A stretch of DNA of 32,000 bases from Aquifex aeolicus VF5 (GTDB lineage Bacteria; Aquificota; Aquificia; Aquificales; Aquificaceae), in NCBI RefSeq assembly GCF_000008625.1, contig NC_000918.1, positions 660,001 through 692,000 of the forward strand, given 5' to 3'. Shown piece after piece: positions 1-12,189 of this stretch. The first letter of the stretch is position 1, and each line of letters starts with the position of its first letter. The translations under genes were made by a program, and so were the position numbers. The notes under the pieces were generated by a model, which was given only the letters and a program-made list of their open reading frames with translations, did not search any database and was not told the origin of the DNA.

Positions 1-498
1 CAATGAGTTCCGCTCCCGAGAGTGCGGTTTGCCTTTCAACTCCGTCGGGATACCATATGTCCTCGCATATGGAAAAGGAGACTTTATGCCCGTTTACCTC
101 TATCATTAATGGTTCTTCTCCTTTCCTGAAGTACCTGTACTCGTCAAAAACGCTGTAATTGGGCAAAAAGTGTTTTTTATAAATCCCCAGAACTTCTCCT
201 CTGTGTATTACCGCCAGGGCGTTGTAAAGGTCAAACTCGTAGTATGGCAGTCCAACAGCGACGATAACGTCGTAATTCCTCGTGTGGTGAATTATTTGAT
301 CAAACGCTTTTTCACACTCTTTCAAGAAATGGGGTTGTAAAAGGAGGTCTTCGGGGGGATAACCGCTCAGGGAAAGTTCGGGAAAGGCTATTATGTGACT
401 CTTTTCCGAGTACTCGTCTATAACCTTTAAAATCTTCTCTTTATTCCCTTCTACGTCTCCTACGGTAAAGTTGAGCTGGGCGAGCGTGAGGTTGAGCA
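1..498 (-). CDS. nadE: Glutamine-dependent NAD+ synthetase, N-terminal carbon-nitrogen hydrolase domain (partial; runs off the left edge)
   Basis: Manual reverse translation from ATG at 496-498 gives MLNLTLAQLNFTVGDVEGNKEKILKVIDEY...IIAFPELSLSGYPPEDLL...YKKHFLPNYSVFDE...SFSICEDIWYP. This shows the nitrilase-type E/K/C triad context (FPEL, KxxLP, ICED) typical of NadE N-termini. It lies 11 nt downstream of the hydrogenase large subunit stop. Confidence 0.75.
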
Positions 499-509
499 TT
501 AAATAAATA

Positions 510-2204
510 TTAAACTACCCTTATCTCCATCTCCTCGTCTCCGTACAGGTGTACTGCACAGGCAAGACATGGATCAAAACTGTGGATTGTTCTGAGAATC
601 TCAACAGGTTCCTTGGGATTGTGCAGACTGTGCCCTACTAAGGAAGCCTCGTAAGCCGATGGATTTCCCTTTGCGTCTCTCGGAGAGGCGTTCCAAGTCG
701 TGGGGACTACGGCCTGGTAATTTTCGAGTTTTCCGTCTTTTATGTGTACCCAGTGGGATAGAGAACCTCTAGGAGCTTCCATAAAGCCTACTCCTTTTGT
801 TTCCTTTGGCCACGTTGAGGGTTCCCACTTCTCAGGATTAAAGACGTCGTAATTTCCCTTTTTGACGTTTTCCATGAGTTCCGAAAACCAGTTCTTCATG
901 CTAAAGGAGTAAAGTTTTGTCTCGAGCGCTCTCGCGAAAGTTCTTCCCATAGTTGAAAACATTCCTTCGAAGGGTACGTCCATTTCCTTTAAGTGTTTTT
1001 CAACTTCCTCCCTTATACCGTACATATCCCTTGCATACAGAGCGAGAATTCTGGAAAGAGGTCCTACTTCAACCGAGTAGTCCTTGTAACGGGGAGCTTT
1101 TAACCAAGAGTACTTTCCTTCGACGTTGAGGTATTCATAAGGGGGTTTGGGACCCGTGTAGTTCAAATTAGTCTCACCTTCCCAAGGGTGTAAGGGTTTG
1201 TCGTCACCCACGGAGTATTTGTACCAGCTGTGAGTGACGTACTCTTTTACCTCATTTATGTTCACTTCTTCAAAATCCTTTAGGTTTCTGCCTTTTATGA
1301 AAGTAGGTGGTATGAACCACTTTCCTTCTCTCCAGGAGTCCTTTTCCGGTTCTCCGAGCACTAAGAAGTTTCCGAGCCCTTCCCCTTTAAAGAACCAGTC
1401 CTTGTAGTATTTCCCTAGAACTTTAATGTCAGGCAGGTAAACCTTCACGGTAAAGTCGTACATCTCGTCTATAAGGGTTTTTATTCTTCCGAGTTTTTCC
1501 ATGTTTATGGCCGTATCACTTTCCGGATTTATTGGAGCTGCCATACCTCCTACGGCAAAGTTCGGGTGTGGATTCTTTCCTCCTATTATCGTGTGAACTT
1601 GAACTATCCTAGTTTGCCAGTCAAGTGCGTCAAGGTAATGGGCTATGAGCATGAGGTTAAGTTCAGGCGGAAGTTTGTACTCGGGATGATTCCAGTATCC
1701 TTTGTTAAATATCCCCAGCTGTCCCCTCTCTACCTGCTGTTTTATCTTTTTCTGAACTTCCCTGAAATATCCAGGTGTGGATTTTTCGTAATTAGACAAG
1801 GATTGGGCAAGCCTTGAAGTCTCATAAGGATCTGCTTTTAGAGCTTGTACGGGATTTACCCAGTCGAGGAGGTGAAGGTGGTAAAAGTGAACTACGTGAT
1901 CGTGAACGAATATAGTACCTATTATTAACTTCCTAAGGAGGGAAGCGTTTACGGGGACGTTTATGGAAAGTGCGTCTTCCACTGCCCTGACTGAGGCTAT
2001 TGCGTGGACCGTTGTACAAACACCGCATATTCTCTGGGCAAAAGCCCACGCTTCCCGTGGATCCCTTCCCTTAAGGATTATCTCAATCCCCCTTACCATC
2101 GTACCGGAGCTGTAAGCCTTCGTTATCTTTCCGTCTTTTACTTCCGCTTCTATCCTCAAATGTCCCTCTATCCTTGTGACGGGATCAACTACAACCCTTT
2201 TCAT
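510..2204 (-). CDS. hynL: [NiFe] hydrogenase large subunit (Isp-type / group 1e-like operon context)
   Basis: 564 aa. N-terminal RIEGH and RICGVC motifs. C-terminal DPCLACAVH nickel-binding motif followed by a 12-aa extension (LYGDEEMEIRVV) of the kind removed by a maturation endopeptidase. Cys rather than Sec in the motif, so NiFe and not NiFeSe. ATGA overlap with the upstream gene. Confidence 0.95.
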   Translation of the reverse strand: MKRVVVDPVTRIEGHLRIEAEVKDGKITKAYSSGTMVRGIEIILKGRDPREAWAFAQRICGVCTTVHAIASVRAVEDALSINVPVNASLLRKLIIGTIFVHDHVVHFYHLHLLDWVNPVQALKADPYETSRLAQSLSNYEKSTPGYFREVQKKIKQQVERGQLGIFNKGYWNHPEYKLPPELNLMLIAHYLDALDWQTRIVQVHTIIGGKNPHPNFAVGGMAAPINPESDTAINMEKLGRIKTLIDEMYDFTVKVYLPDIKVLGKYYKDWFFKGEGLGNFLVLGEPEKDSWREGKWFIPPTFIKGRNLKDFEEVNINEVKEYVTHSWYKYSVGDDKPLHPWEGETNLNYTGPKPPYEYLNVEGKYSWLKAPRYKDYSVEVGPLSRILALYARDMYGIREEVEKHLKEMDVPFEGMFSTMGRTFARALETKLYSFSMKNWFSELMENVKKGNYDVFNPEKWEPSTWPKETKGVGFMEAPRGSLSHWVHIKDGKLENYQAVVPTTWNASPRDAKGNPSAYEASLVGHSLHNPKEPVEILRTIHSFDPCLACAVHLYGDEEMEIRVV

Positions 2205-3505
2205 TCTTCATCCTCCAGAGCTTCCGCAACTAATTCCACAAGACTTAAAAACTTGTAATCCCTGTTCAGTTCCTTTGAACTTTTCTCAAGGGCTAACATG
2301 CAGTTAGCACAGTAACAGGCCACATTTTTAGTTCCAGCCTTGTCAAAGAGTTCCATCTTGGTCAGGAAAGCCTTTCTCCTGTGTTCATCTGCTTCGTGAA
2401 CTACTACTACGCCGCCTCCCCCACCGCAACATATGTTCTTTTCGGGAAACTCAACCGAGTCCACGAACTTCTGCGATATATGCGTGAGGATTTCTCTCGG
2501 CTCCCTCAATACACCTCCTCTCCTGCCTATTTGACAGGAATCGTGAAGTGTAACTACGTCCACAACCTTCTTGTTCAGTTTTATCCTACCTTCGTCAAGC
2601 ATTTTCTTTATAAACTCAACGACGTTCAGAACTTCAAAATCCCACTCCTTCGGGAATACGTTGGGAGCTACAAACCTTATAGCCTGATATGCGTGCCCGC
2701 ATTCGGGAGATATAATCGTCTTAATACCGAGTTCTTTAGCCCCTTTTAGAATTCTCTCCAGCAATTCTTTTATAACTTTTTTATCTTGAACGAACATTCC
2801 GAAGTTAGTAGCCTCGTGTGCAACCGTTGAGAGTGTCCACTTAACACCGCTTTTGTTCAATATTTTTGCCGCGGCCGCAACGGATTCGGGATACTTCATA
2901 AGTTCTATTGAAGAAGGTATGTAGAGATACTCTGCCGGCTGGTCTACGGGCATTTCCACTTCCCACTCGTCGGATATGAAATCAATTCTCTGGAGGAAGG
3001 TTTTCGTATCTACTCCTAAAGGACTTCCCTGCTCTATGGCTCTGTTGGTGGCTTCTACGAGATCCTCCGGCGTGAGTCCTATCTGGGTGAGCGCTCCTCT
3101 CACTATACCCACGAGCATAGGTGTGTCTATTCCCATGGGACATATCTTCGTACACCTGTCACACATTGTACAGGTGTAGTACGCAAGTCTTACCTGCTCG
3201 TAAAGATCTTCGGGCTTTATTTTTACTCCGAAACCGAACAACTTCTTAATTCTTCCCCACAGTGTGTAGTTTTCCTTGTATATTTCCCTTAAGAGGTCAG
3301 CTTTGTAAGCCGGAGTTAGAGTGGGGTCTATTTTTCCCGATATGTTCTCACCCATGTAGAAGTGGCAGGCTTCAGCACAAAGTCCGCACCTTACGCACGC
3401 TTCTAAATAAGCTGCAACTTCGGAGTTTATTGAACTCTTGCAGAAATTGTAGAACTTCTTTATATCCTCTTGGCTTACCTTTTCTTTATGAAAGAGTTTT
3501 ACCAT
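2201..3505 (-). CDS. isp2: Isp2-like Fe-S protein (HdrD/DsrK-like, two 4Fe-4S ferredoxin motifs plus CCG domains)
   Basis: 434 aa. Contains CVRCGLCAEAC and CTMCDRCTKICP ferredoxin-type motifs and a C-terminal NICCGGGGG (CCG) motif. Sits between the hydrogenase small and large subunit genes. Confidence 0.85.
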   Translation of the reverse strand: MVKLFHKEKVSQEDIKKFYNFCKSSINSEVAAYLEACVRCGLCAEACHFYMGENISGKIDPTLTPAYKADLLREIYKENYTLWGRIKKLFGFGVKIKPEDLYEQVRLAYYTCTMCDRCTKICPMGIDTPMLVGIVRGALTQIGLTPEDLVEATNRAIEQGSPLGVDTKTFLQRIDFISDEWEVEMPVDQPAEYLYIPSSIELMKYPESVAAAAKILNKSGVKWTLSTVAHEATNFGMFVQDKKVIKELLERILKGAKELGIKTIISPECGHAYQAIRFVAPNVFPKEWDFEVLNVVEFIKKMLDEGRIKLNKKVVDVVTLHDSCQIGRRGGVLREPREILTHISQKFVDSVEFPEKNICCGGGGGVVVVHEADEHRRKAFLTKMELFDKAGTKNVACYCANCMLALEKSSKELNRDYKFLSLVELVAEALEDEE

Positions 3506-3517
3506 AACAGTCCCCCT

Positions 3518-4198
3518 TTAGAAGGAAACACCTCTCCTTCCAACTTTCCAGCCGTAGTAGAAAACGGAAACGAAGTAGTAAACGAAGTGTGAAAGTCTGC
3601 TGAAGGGTATGTAGATTATAAGGAGTGCGGCGGATAGCATGTGCAGGGTAACGAGCCACACGTAATTACCGCCTCCCGCCCAGTTGTTCGCCAGCAATCC
3701 CGTAAATATAACTATTCCGATTAACGTATTTGCTATGTACTCATCCGAGCCTGTCAAGAGCTTCAGAACCGGGTTAAAAATCCTGTGAACAGTTAGTGCT
3801 ACAAGTGATCCGAGAGCGGCGTATGCAAGTATATCCGATACTATCTGCGGCATGTACGGGAATTCAAAACCTATAATCTTCTTCCATAAAAACGCGTGCT
3901 GAGGAACGAAAAAGGTAAGTCCGAGGAAACCTATGTGAAAGAGGAAACCTCCAACGTACTGTATTCCCCTGTGGGCAAAGACTTCTCCGAAAAACCTCCA
4001 CGCCTGAGTTGGTTTAAAGGTTACCTTTTCCACGGCTTTCAGAAAGGGATGACCCTTTGGTTTTGAACGATCATGGGGAAGACCGAGTATTATTACTCTA
4101 AAGAACCTGTAAAGAATACCTATAAAGAACACGTAAACGGATACCGGAAGGAGATAGGATCTTACGAAGTCGTAAACTTTTACGTCTATGAGCTCCAT
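3518..4198 (-). CDS. isp1: Isp1-like integral membrane b-type cytochrome (NarI/DsrM/HdrE-like)
   Basis: 226 aa and very hydrophobic, with about five predicted helices. Conserved His residues and a C-terminal PFSRLSH motif like the NarI/DsrM PF(S/T)RL(V)H motif. 1-nt TAATG overlap with hynS. Confidence 0.75.
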   Translation of the reverse strand: MELIDVKVYDFVRSYLLPVSVYVFFIGILYRFFRVIILGLPHDRSKPKGHPFLKAVEKVTFKPTQAWRFFGEVFAHRGIQYVGGFLFHIGFLGLTFFVPQHAFLWKKIIGFEFPYMPQIVSDILAYAALGSLVALTVHRIFNPVLKLLTGSDEYIANTLIGIVIFTGLLANNWAGGGNYVWLVTLHMLSAALLIIYIPFSRLSHFVYYFVSVFYYGWKVGRRGVSF

Positions 4199-5247
4199 TA
4201 CTTTTCCTCCTTCTTTTTGTTTATCAACTTGTTTAGAACACCTATACCGATCCCAACCGCAGCGCCTATTCCCACACCTTTCAGCGTATCCGAAATTCCC
4301 GAGTATCCTTCCATAACGGACAGAGGGTTGTATATAAATCCCCTGTCCCAGAAGTCAGGTTCTGAGCATCCGAAACAGGGGTGTCCGGATTGTATCGGGA
4401 AACTGAGTCCTCCGTTCCACCTCATGCTTGCACAGGCATTTCTCGTTATCGGACCTTTACAGCCGAGTTTGTAAAGACAGTAACCTTTTCTCGCTTTTTC
4501 GTCGTCAAAAGATTCCGCAAACTGTCCCGAATTGTAAAAGGCCCTCCTGTAACACCTGTCGTGTATCGTTTCACCGTAAAATTGCTTGGGTCTGCCGAGT
4601 TCGTCCAGGGGAGGTAATTTTCCTAAGGCTAAAAAGTGAACTATCGTAGCCACCATTACGTCGCCTATCGGAGGACACCCCGGCACGTTCACAACGGGTT
4701 TATCCTTTACAATTTCGTAAACCGGAACCGCTCCCGTTGGGTTTGGACTTGCCTTGGGAATACCGCCCCAGGATGCACAACTTCCAACGGCTATAACGAA
4801 AGCGGCGTGTTCAGCGGTTTCCCTCAATATATCAACGCTTGACTTTCCTCCGACCGTACAGTAGACACCTCCATCCGCAGGAGTGGGAGATCCCTCTACT
4901 ACCAAGACGTACTTACCCTTGTACTTCTTTATAGCTTCTTCCCTCGCCTCTTCCGCGTAAAATCCTGAGGGAGCCATCAGTGTTTCGTGGTACTCCAGTG
5001 ATATGTAATCGAGGAGAACCTCTGTTGGAAGAAGGGTTGTGCTCCTTATAAAGGATTCGCTGCATCCGGCGCAATCCTGAAACTCGAGCCATATGACCAC
5101 GGGTTTTTCCTTCTTTTCAAGAGCCTGTGCAACCTTCGGGTAAAGCGAAGGGGGAAGTCCTAAGAAGGCGCTAACAGCAAGGGAAAACTTCAGGAAATCT
5201 CTTCTCGAGTATCCTTTCCTTTTAAAAATTTCGTAAAGACTTTCCAA
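4198..5247 (-). CDS. hynS: [NiFe] hydrogenase small subunit with twin-arginine signal peptide and C-terminal membrane anchor
   Basis: 349 aa. Tat motif SRRDFLKF. Cys clusters CAGCSES, GSCASWGG, PGCPP and HPCFGC. Hydrophobic C-terminal tail GVGIGAAVGIGIGVL. TTG start preceded by AAGGAGGGG. Confidence 0.95.
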   Translation of the reverse strand: MESLYEIFKRKGYSRRDFLKFSLAVSAFLGLPPSLYPKVAQALEKKEKPVVIWLEFQDCAGCSESFIRSTTLLPTEVLLDYISLEYHETLMAPSGFYAEEAREEAIKKYKGKYVLVVEGSPTPADGGVYCTVGGKSSVDILRETAEHAAFVIAVGSCASWGGIPKASPNPTGAVPVYEIVKDKPVVNVPGCPPIGDVMVATIVHFLALGKLPPLDELGRPKQFYGETIHDRCYRRAFYNSGQFAESFDDEKARKGYCLYKLGCKGPITRNACASMRWNGGLSFPIQSGHPCFGCSEPDFWDRGFIYNPLSVMEGYSGISDTLKGVGIGAAVGIGIGVLNKLINKKKEEK

Positions 5248-5268
5248 AAGTGCCCCTCCTTTAAGTTA

Positions 5269-5297
5269 AAAATAATGACTTGGATCATGTTTGTCAA
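5269..5297 (-). promoter_or_regulatory. Candidate sigma70-type promoter of the hydrogenase operon (TTGACA-N17-TATTTT on the minus strand)
   Basis: Reverse complement reads TTGACA aacatgatccaagtcat TATTTT. This is followed by about 20 nt containing the AAGGAGG Shine-Dalgarno and the TTG start of hynS. Confidence 0.5.
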
Positions 5298-5329
5298 AAT
5301 TTTTGAAGTCAAAGGGTATAATCAAGTTT

Positions 5330-5536
5330 ATGGAAAGGATAGGAGCTTTAGTTGTAGATCTGGAAGGGACGACCCACGAGATAACGGAAAAGTTAAACGA
5401 AGTTATAGAGGGCATTTACGAAGAAGGGAACGAGGTTATTGACGTTAAGGTTACTTACGCAAAAGAGCACGGAATAGACGGCTTTGTGATAGTCTACACG
5501 ATAGTATACAGGGGAAGGGAAGTTCCCGAAGAATGA
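5330..5536 (+). CDS. Small hypothetical protein (68 aa counted from ATG 5330; the ORF track extends it to TTG 5291)
   Basis: ORF MERIGALVVDLEGTTHEITEKLNEV... has an ATGA overlap with the downstream DUF167 gene. No family recognised. The ATG at 5330 is preferred because TATAAT sits 7 nt upstream and TTG 5291 has no SD. Confidence 0.5.
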   Translation: MERIGALVVDLEGTTHEITEKLNEVIEGIYEEGNEVIDVKVTYAKEHGIDGFVIVYTIVYRGREVPEE

Positions 5537-5751
5537 GGATAAAGGTTAAAGTGAAGCCCAAGTCCAAAAAGGAAGAAGTTAAGAAGATTTCCGAAGAGGA
5601 GTACGAGGTTAAAGTAAAAGAACCTCCGGAGGGAGGAAGGGCTAACCAGAGGCTCATAGAACTCCTATCCGAGCACTTCGGTGTTTCAAAATCGAGGATA
5701 AGAATAGTGAGCGGGCACACTAGCAGGAATAAGGTAGTGGAAATCGGATAA
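5533..5751 (+). CDS. DUF167 / YggU-family small protein
   Basis: 72 aa. The pattern ...KVKPKSKKEEV...V.VKEPPEGGRANQRLIELLSEHFGVSKSRIRIVSGHTSRNKVVEI matches the YggU (UPF0235) signature G.AN..L...L...F.V.KS.I.I..G..SR.K. Confidence 0.8.
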   Translation: MRIKVKVKPKSKKEEVKKISEEEYEVKVKEPPEGGRANQRLIELLSEHFGVSKSRIRIVSGHTSRNKVVEIG

Positions 5752-5761
5752 GATAATAACC

Positions 5762-6550
5762 ATGTTTACGCTCTAATAGACATGGACGGAGTACTCACCA
5801 AAGACAAGGAGTTAAATCCATTTCCCGATGCAAAGGAGTTTATAGATTTTTTAAGGGGAAAACAACATCCCCTTCAGAGTAGTTTCCAACAACTCAACCC
5901 GTCCCCCGCAATTAATAATTGAAAAATTAAAGGAGAAGGGAATAGAACTGAAGGTTGATGAATTCATATCACCCGTCGCAATCCTCCCAGAGTACCTGAG
6001 GAAGGAAGGTATAAAATCCGTCTTCGTAATAGGAACACCTATGCTAAAGGATTTCTTAAAAGAGCAGGGATTTGAAGTGAGGGAAAATCACGAGGTAGAC
6101 GCTGTAATAATAGGCCAGGACAAAGAGATAGAGTTTAAAAAGATAAAGAACGCAACATCTGCGGTTTTCTTGAAAGGGGCAAAGATCATTCCCGTAAACC
6201 TGAGCAAGATAGTGAAGGACAGTGACGGTCTTTACTTTCCTGGTTCCGGATCCTACGCCTACATGTTCAAACACGCCACCAATTACGAGGGAGAAATCCC
6301 CAACTTAGGTAAACCTTCAAAGGAGTTTATAAACCTCGCTCTGGAGGGACTTCCAAGGGAAAAGGTATTCCTCATAAGTGACGATATTTACACGGACCTC
6401 ATGGGGGCAAAGGAACTGGGGATAGGGACGATATTCATGACTACCGGAAAGTACAAGCAGGAAGAACTCAAGAAGGCTAACTTCAAACCCGATTACGTTT
6501 TTCACTCTCTCAAAGAATTAATGCGAGAAATCAAAAAGTGGCTCTCTTAA
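5762..6550 (+). pseudogene. NagD-like HAD-superfamily phosphatase, reading frame disrupted near the 5' end
   Basis: Body ORF 6041-6550 (open from 5855) encodes NIPFRVVSNNSTRPPQLIIEKLKEKGIEL...GKPSKEF...ISDDIYTDLMGAKELGIGTIFMTTGKY. The HAD motif I segment (YALIDMDGVLTKDKELNPFPDAKEFIDFLRGK) is in a different frame (5764-5862) with no start codon. ATG 5762 is in the body frame but hits TAA after 4 codons. Confidence 0.7.
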
Positions 6551-8495
6551 TACTTTTCTTTCTTCTAGGACTTTCCTTCTCCTTGGAAGTTTTCTCGGAA
6601 AAACTCGAAATTAAAGAAAATGAAATAATAGCGGAAGGAGATGCGGAAGCTTACTACAAGAATTACTACATAAAGGCTAAGAAGATAAAACTTTTGCGGG
6701 ACAAGGACGAGGTTTACGCCTACGAAGACGTTTACATAAAAAACTTAAAAACGGGTTTTGAAATAAGGGGAAGTTTTGCTTACGTGAATATGAAGAAAAA
6801 CAAAGGTTACTTTCTGAACGCTAAAGGTAAGTTCAGAGAGTTTAACTTCGAGGCAAAAAAGATTGAACAGCTGGATAAGGAAAGGTTTAAGGTTTACGAG
6901 GCCACGGTAACGACCTGCCCCTTAGATGATAAAGAACTTTACCTCTGTATATTCAGGGCGAATATAACGAAGGAAAGGGCTCTCATTTTCCACAACAGAT
7001 TGAAGTTCTTTAAAGTTCCCATTTTCTACCTGCCCGTTTACCTGATTCCCCTCGGGGGAAGGAAAACGGGCTTCCTCATGCCCACGATAGGGAGTTCCAC
7101 TTACAGTTCTTTTATATACATCCAGCCCTTCTTCTGGGCAATATCCCGCGACAAGGACATGACGATAACCGCGGACTACAGAAAGGATCAGATGAAGGGA
7201 CTTTCCTTAGAGTACAGACAAGCCTTTGACGAAGAAAGCGACCTGATAACTCAATTTTCTCTTTATAAGGAGGATAAAAAGAAGGGGGACTGGTGGAAAG
7301 GTAGGGAAATGTACAGGGAAAACAGGTTCAGGATATTTATGAAATACAGGAAAAAACCTTTTAAGATAGGTGTGGAAGAACTCTCAGACCCTTACTACTA
7401 CGAAGACATATCCTTTAAACAGGAGGAAATCACGAAGCCCTACACGAAAACTTACCTGATTTACGAAAAGGAAACAAAAAACTACCTCTTTTACTTCCAG
7501 ACGGTTCGATACAGGGATTTAACGGAAGAGAAAAACAACGCTGTAAACCTCCTCCCTGAAGCCAGTTTCCACCTAAAACCCTTTTACTACAAAGGATTTA
7601 ATTTCTCATTGGACTCTTCGTTTACGAATTTTTACAGGAATTACGACGGGAGCTTTATGCGTATTTCTCTGGAACCTACGGTGGGAAAATACTTTGAATT
7701 GTTCAAAGTCAGTAATTATTCTTCTTTGACCCTTATAAACAGGTACTACCCGGATTCAGAAGAAGACAAAATCGTGAGTACTTTCAGGTTCAGACACAGC
7801 GTTCCCCAGTACTTTTCTCTATCCTACGGAGGATTTAAATTCAAAAACTTCCTTGAGGGACTATACACCTTTTCTCCAAAGGATTACGAGGTTCAGATAT
7901 TCGATTATCAGGATGAGCTCAACGAAGAGAACAATTTCCAGTTTACACTTGTAGGAAATCTATACAAAAACAGAAAGCTTATGGATTACTTCCTGAACAC
8001 AGGATACAACCTTCTTGGCTCTTACACTTTTCCCACAGACGGAAAGAAGATTGACAAGAAACTCCTCCCCCTTTACTACAACGTCTCCGTATACCCTGTG
8101 GAAAACGTCAGGTTCTGGCAGGACGCGGTTTACGACTTTAACCTCGGTGTCTTTGCAAGGAATGTAATCGGTACGGATATTTCCTGGAAGAATTTCTCCG
8201 TGGGGATTTCCAATTCTGTGTACAAAAACAGTGAAAAGAAAGTTACAACGGATCAGATAGCTCTTAACCTCAAGTACAGCGGGGATAAGTTCTTTTCAGG
8301 CATTTCACTAAATTACGACAGACTAGTAGATAAGGAGACTTACAGGAACGTTTACGTAGGCGTAAAAGGAAAGTGCTGGAGTTTAGTGCTGGATTATAAG
8401 AGAAATTACTACAGGAACAGGGACGAGTACGTGGATCAGGTATTTTTGAGGTTCAACCTCTTCTTCAAAGAAGAGATAGAAATTCCTTTAAGACG

Positions 8496-8499
<4 letters not shown>
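6538..8499 (+). CDS. lptD: LPS-assembly outer membrane protein LptD/OstA-like
   Basis: 653 aa with signal peptide MALLILFFLLGLSFS. N-terminal OstA-like segment (EKLEIKENEIIAEGDAEAYYKNYYIKAKKI...) followed by a long aromatic-rich beta-strand region typical of a large barrel. GTG start. Confidence 0.75.
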
Positions 8500-10877
<2,378 letters not shown>

Positions 10878-10886
10878 GAATTTATT

Positions 10887-12167
10887 TTAGAAAATTACTC
10901 CGTACCTCTGGAGTCTCCTTTTCGCATCCTCGTACCAGGGTTCTCTTCCGCTTGCAAATTTAAGTGCGAGCTTGTAGTTCTCTACTGCTTTTTTTACATC
11001 ACCGAGCTCCTCGTAATCCCTTCCGAGGTAGTAGTAAATACCCGCGTAGGAAGGTATTCTCTTCTTCGCCTCGTTTAGTGCCCTTATACTCTCTTTGTAC
11101 TTTTTGAGCTTAAAGTAAGCTATACCCTGAAGGTACCATCCCCACAGAAGGTAAGGATCTAAATCGCTCACCCTTTTTGCGTACTCAAGGGCTCTTTTAT
11201 ACTTTCCGTGTTCAAGGTATATGGCGGAAGCGTAGGACATGGCTATCTGGTTGTTCGGGAATAGCTTTATAGCCTCTTCAAACTTCTTCAGGGCTTCGTC
11301 TTTTAGACCCTCCTTATACAGCTTCCTTCCTTCGTAATAAAGATCGTAGGATTTCTTAGTCGCCAAAAGCTTTTCCTTTATTCTTTGAAACTGAGGTGAA
11401 TCCTTTTTCAGGTTCGGGGGTAGTTTCATAGAGCTTATTAATTTAGACACTTCTCTTATTCGAGTATCGGGAAGGGGGTGAGTGGAAAGCCACTCTGGCG
11501 GGTAGTCCTTTTCCATCTTCTTAAACTTCTTGAATGTTTCAATAAGACCGTGGGGATCGTAGCCCGCCTTTACTGCGAATACCACCCCGTACTTGTCCGC
11601 TTCCCTCTCCTGATCCCTGCTGAACTTTAAAGCAAGCAAAGATGCACCAATTGAGGCGAGCTGAAGTGCTATCCTCGCGGTTGTGTCCCTGTCGTTTATC
11701 AAGAGGGCCCCTATCTGGAGGAGGATGCTCAGACCGAGCATTTTTTCAAGGTACCTTGCGTAGTGGCGTGCGTTTACGTGTCCGAGTTCGTGGGCAAGAA
11801 CACCAGCGAGCTCACTTTCGCTGTCTAGCATCAGAACCAATCCCCTCGTTATGACTATTTTCCCACCCGGAAGCGCAAAGGCGTTCAAAATCTTTGAGTT
11901 TACTAATACGAATTCGTAAGGAAGTTTTCTCGGCGTGTGTTTCGCTATGGAATTTCCAAGCTCCTTCACGTACTCCTGAACCTCTTTATCAGGGTATATA
12001 CCCTCGTACTCCGTTATCGCCTGAGGGAAAACACTATTTCCTATCGCGATTTCCTCTTCGGGGGGAAGGACGGTAAAGGTTTTCTTACCCGTGAGCGGGT
12101 CAACTACCTGAGTACAGGATACGATAAAAATGAACAAAGCTGATATAAGAGCTCTTACCCTCATCAA
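10887..12167 (-). CDS. M48-family Zn metalloprotease with C-terminal TPR repeats (BepA/YfgC-like), probable lipoprotein
   Basis: 426 aa. HELGHV zinc motif. Lipobox-like FIVSC. The C-terminal third has TPR-like repeats (YYEGRKLYKEG..AL..FE.AIKL.P). The true start may be ATG 12164 rather than TTG 12167. Confidence 0.85.
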   Translation of the reverse strand: MMRVRALISALFIFIVSCTQVVDPLTGKKTFTVLPPEEEIAIGNSVFPQAITEYEGIYPDKEVQEYVKELGNSIAKHTPRKLPYEFVLVNSKILNAFALPGGKIVITRGLVLMLDSESELAGVLAHELGHVNARHYARYLEKMLGLSILLQIGALLINDRDTTARIALQLASIGASLLALKFSRDQEREADKYGVVFAVKAGYDPHGLIETFKKFKKMEKDYPPEWLSTHPLPDTRIREVSKLISSMKLPPNLKKDSPQFQRIKEKLLATKKSYDLYYEGRKLYKEGLKDEALKKFEEAIKLFPNNQIAMSYASAIYLEHGKYKRALEYAKRVSDLDPYLLWGWYLQGIAYFKLKKYKESIRALNEAKKRIPSYAGIYYYLGRDYEELGDVKKAVENYKLALKFASGREPWYEDAKRRLQRYGVIF

Positions 12168-12189
12168 TAATTAGGTTAGCACTTTATGT

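Noticed and set aside
5291-5329. TTG start for the small ORF as given in the ORF track
   Set aside because: There is no SD upstream of the TTG, and it would overlap the -35 of the divergent hydrogenase promoter. The in-frame ATG at 5330 with an upstream TATAAT is the more plausible start.
12173-12181. TTAGCACTT resembling the left arm of a CIRCE heat-shock operator, between the M48 protease and secD
   Set aside because: There is no matching right arm (GAGTGCTAA) 9 nt downstream, so only a half-site is present. This is most likely chance.
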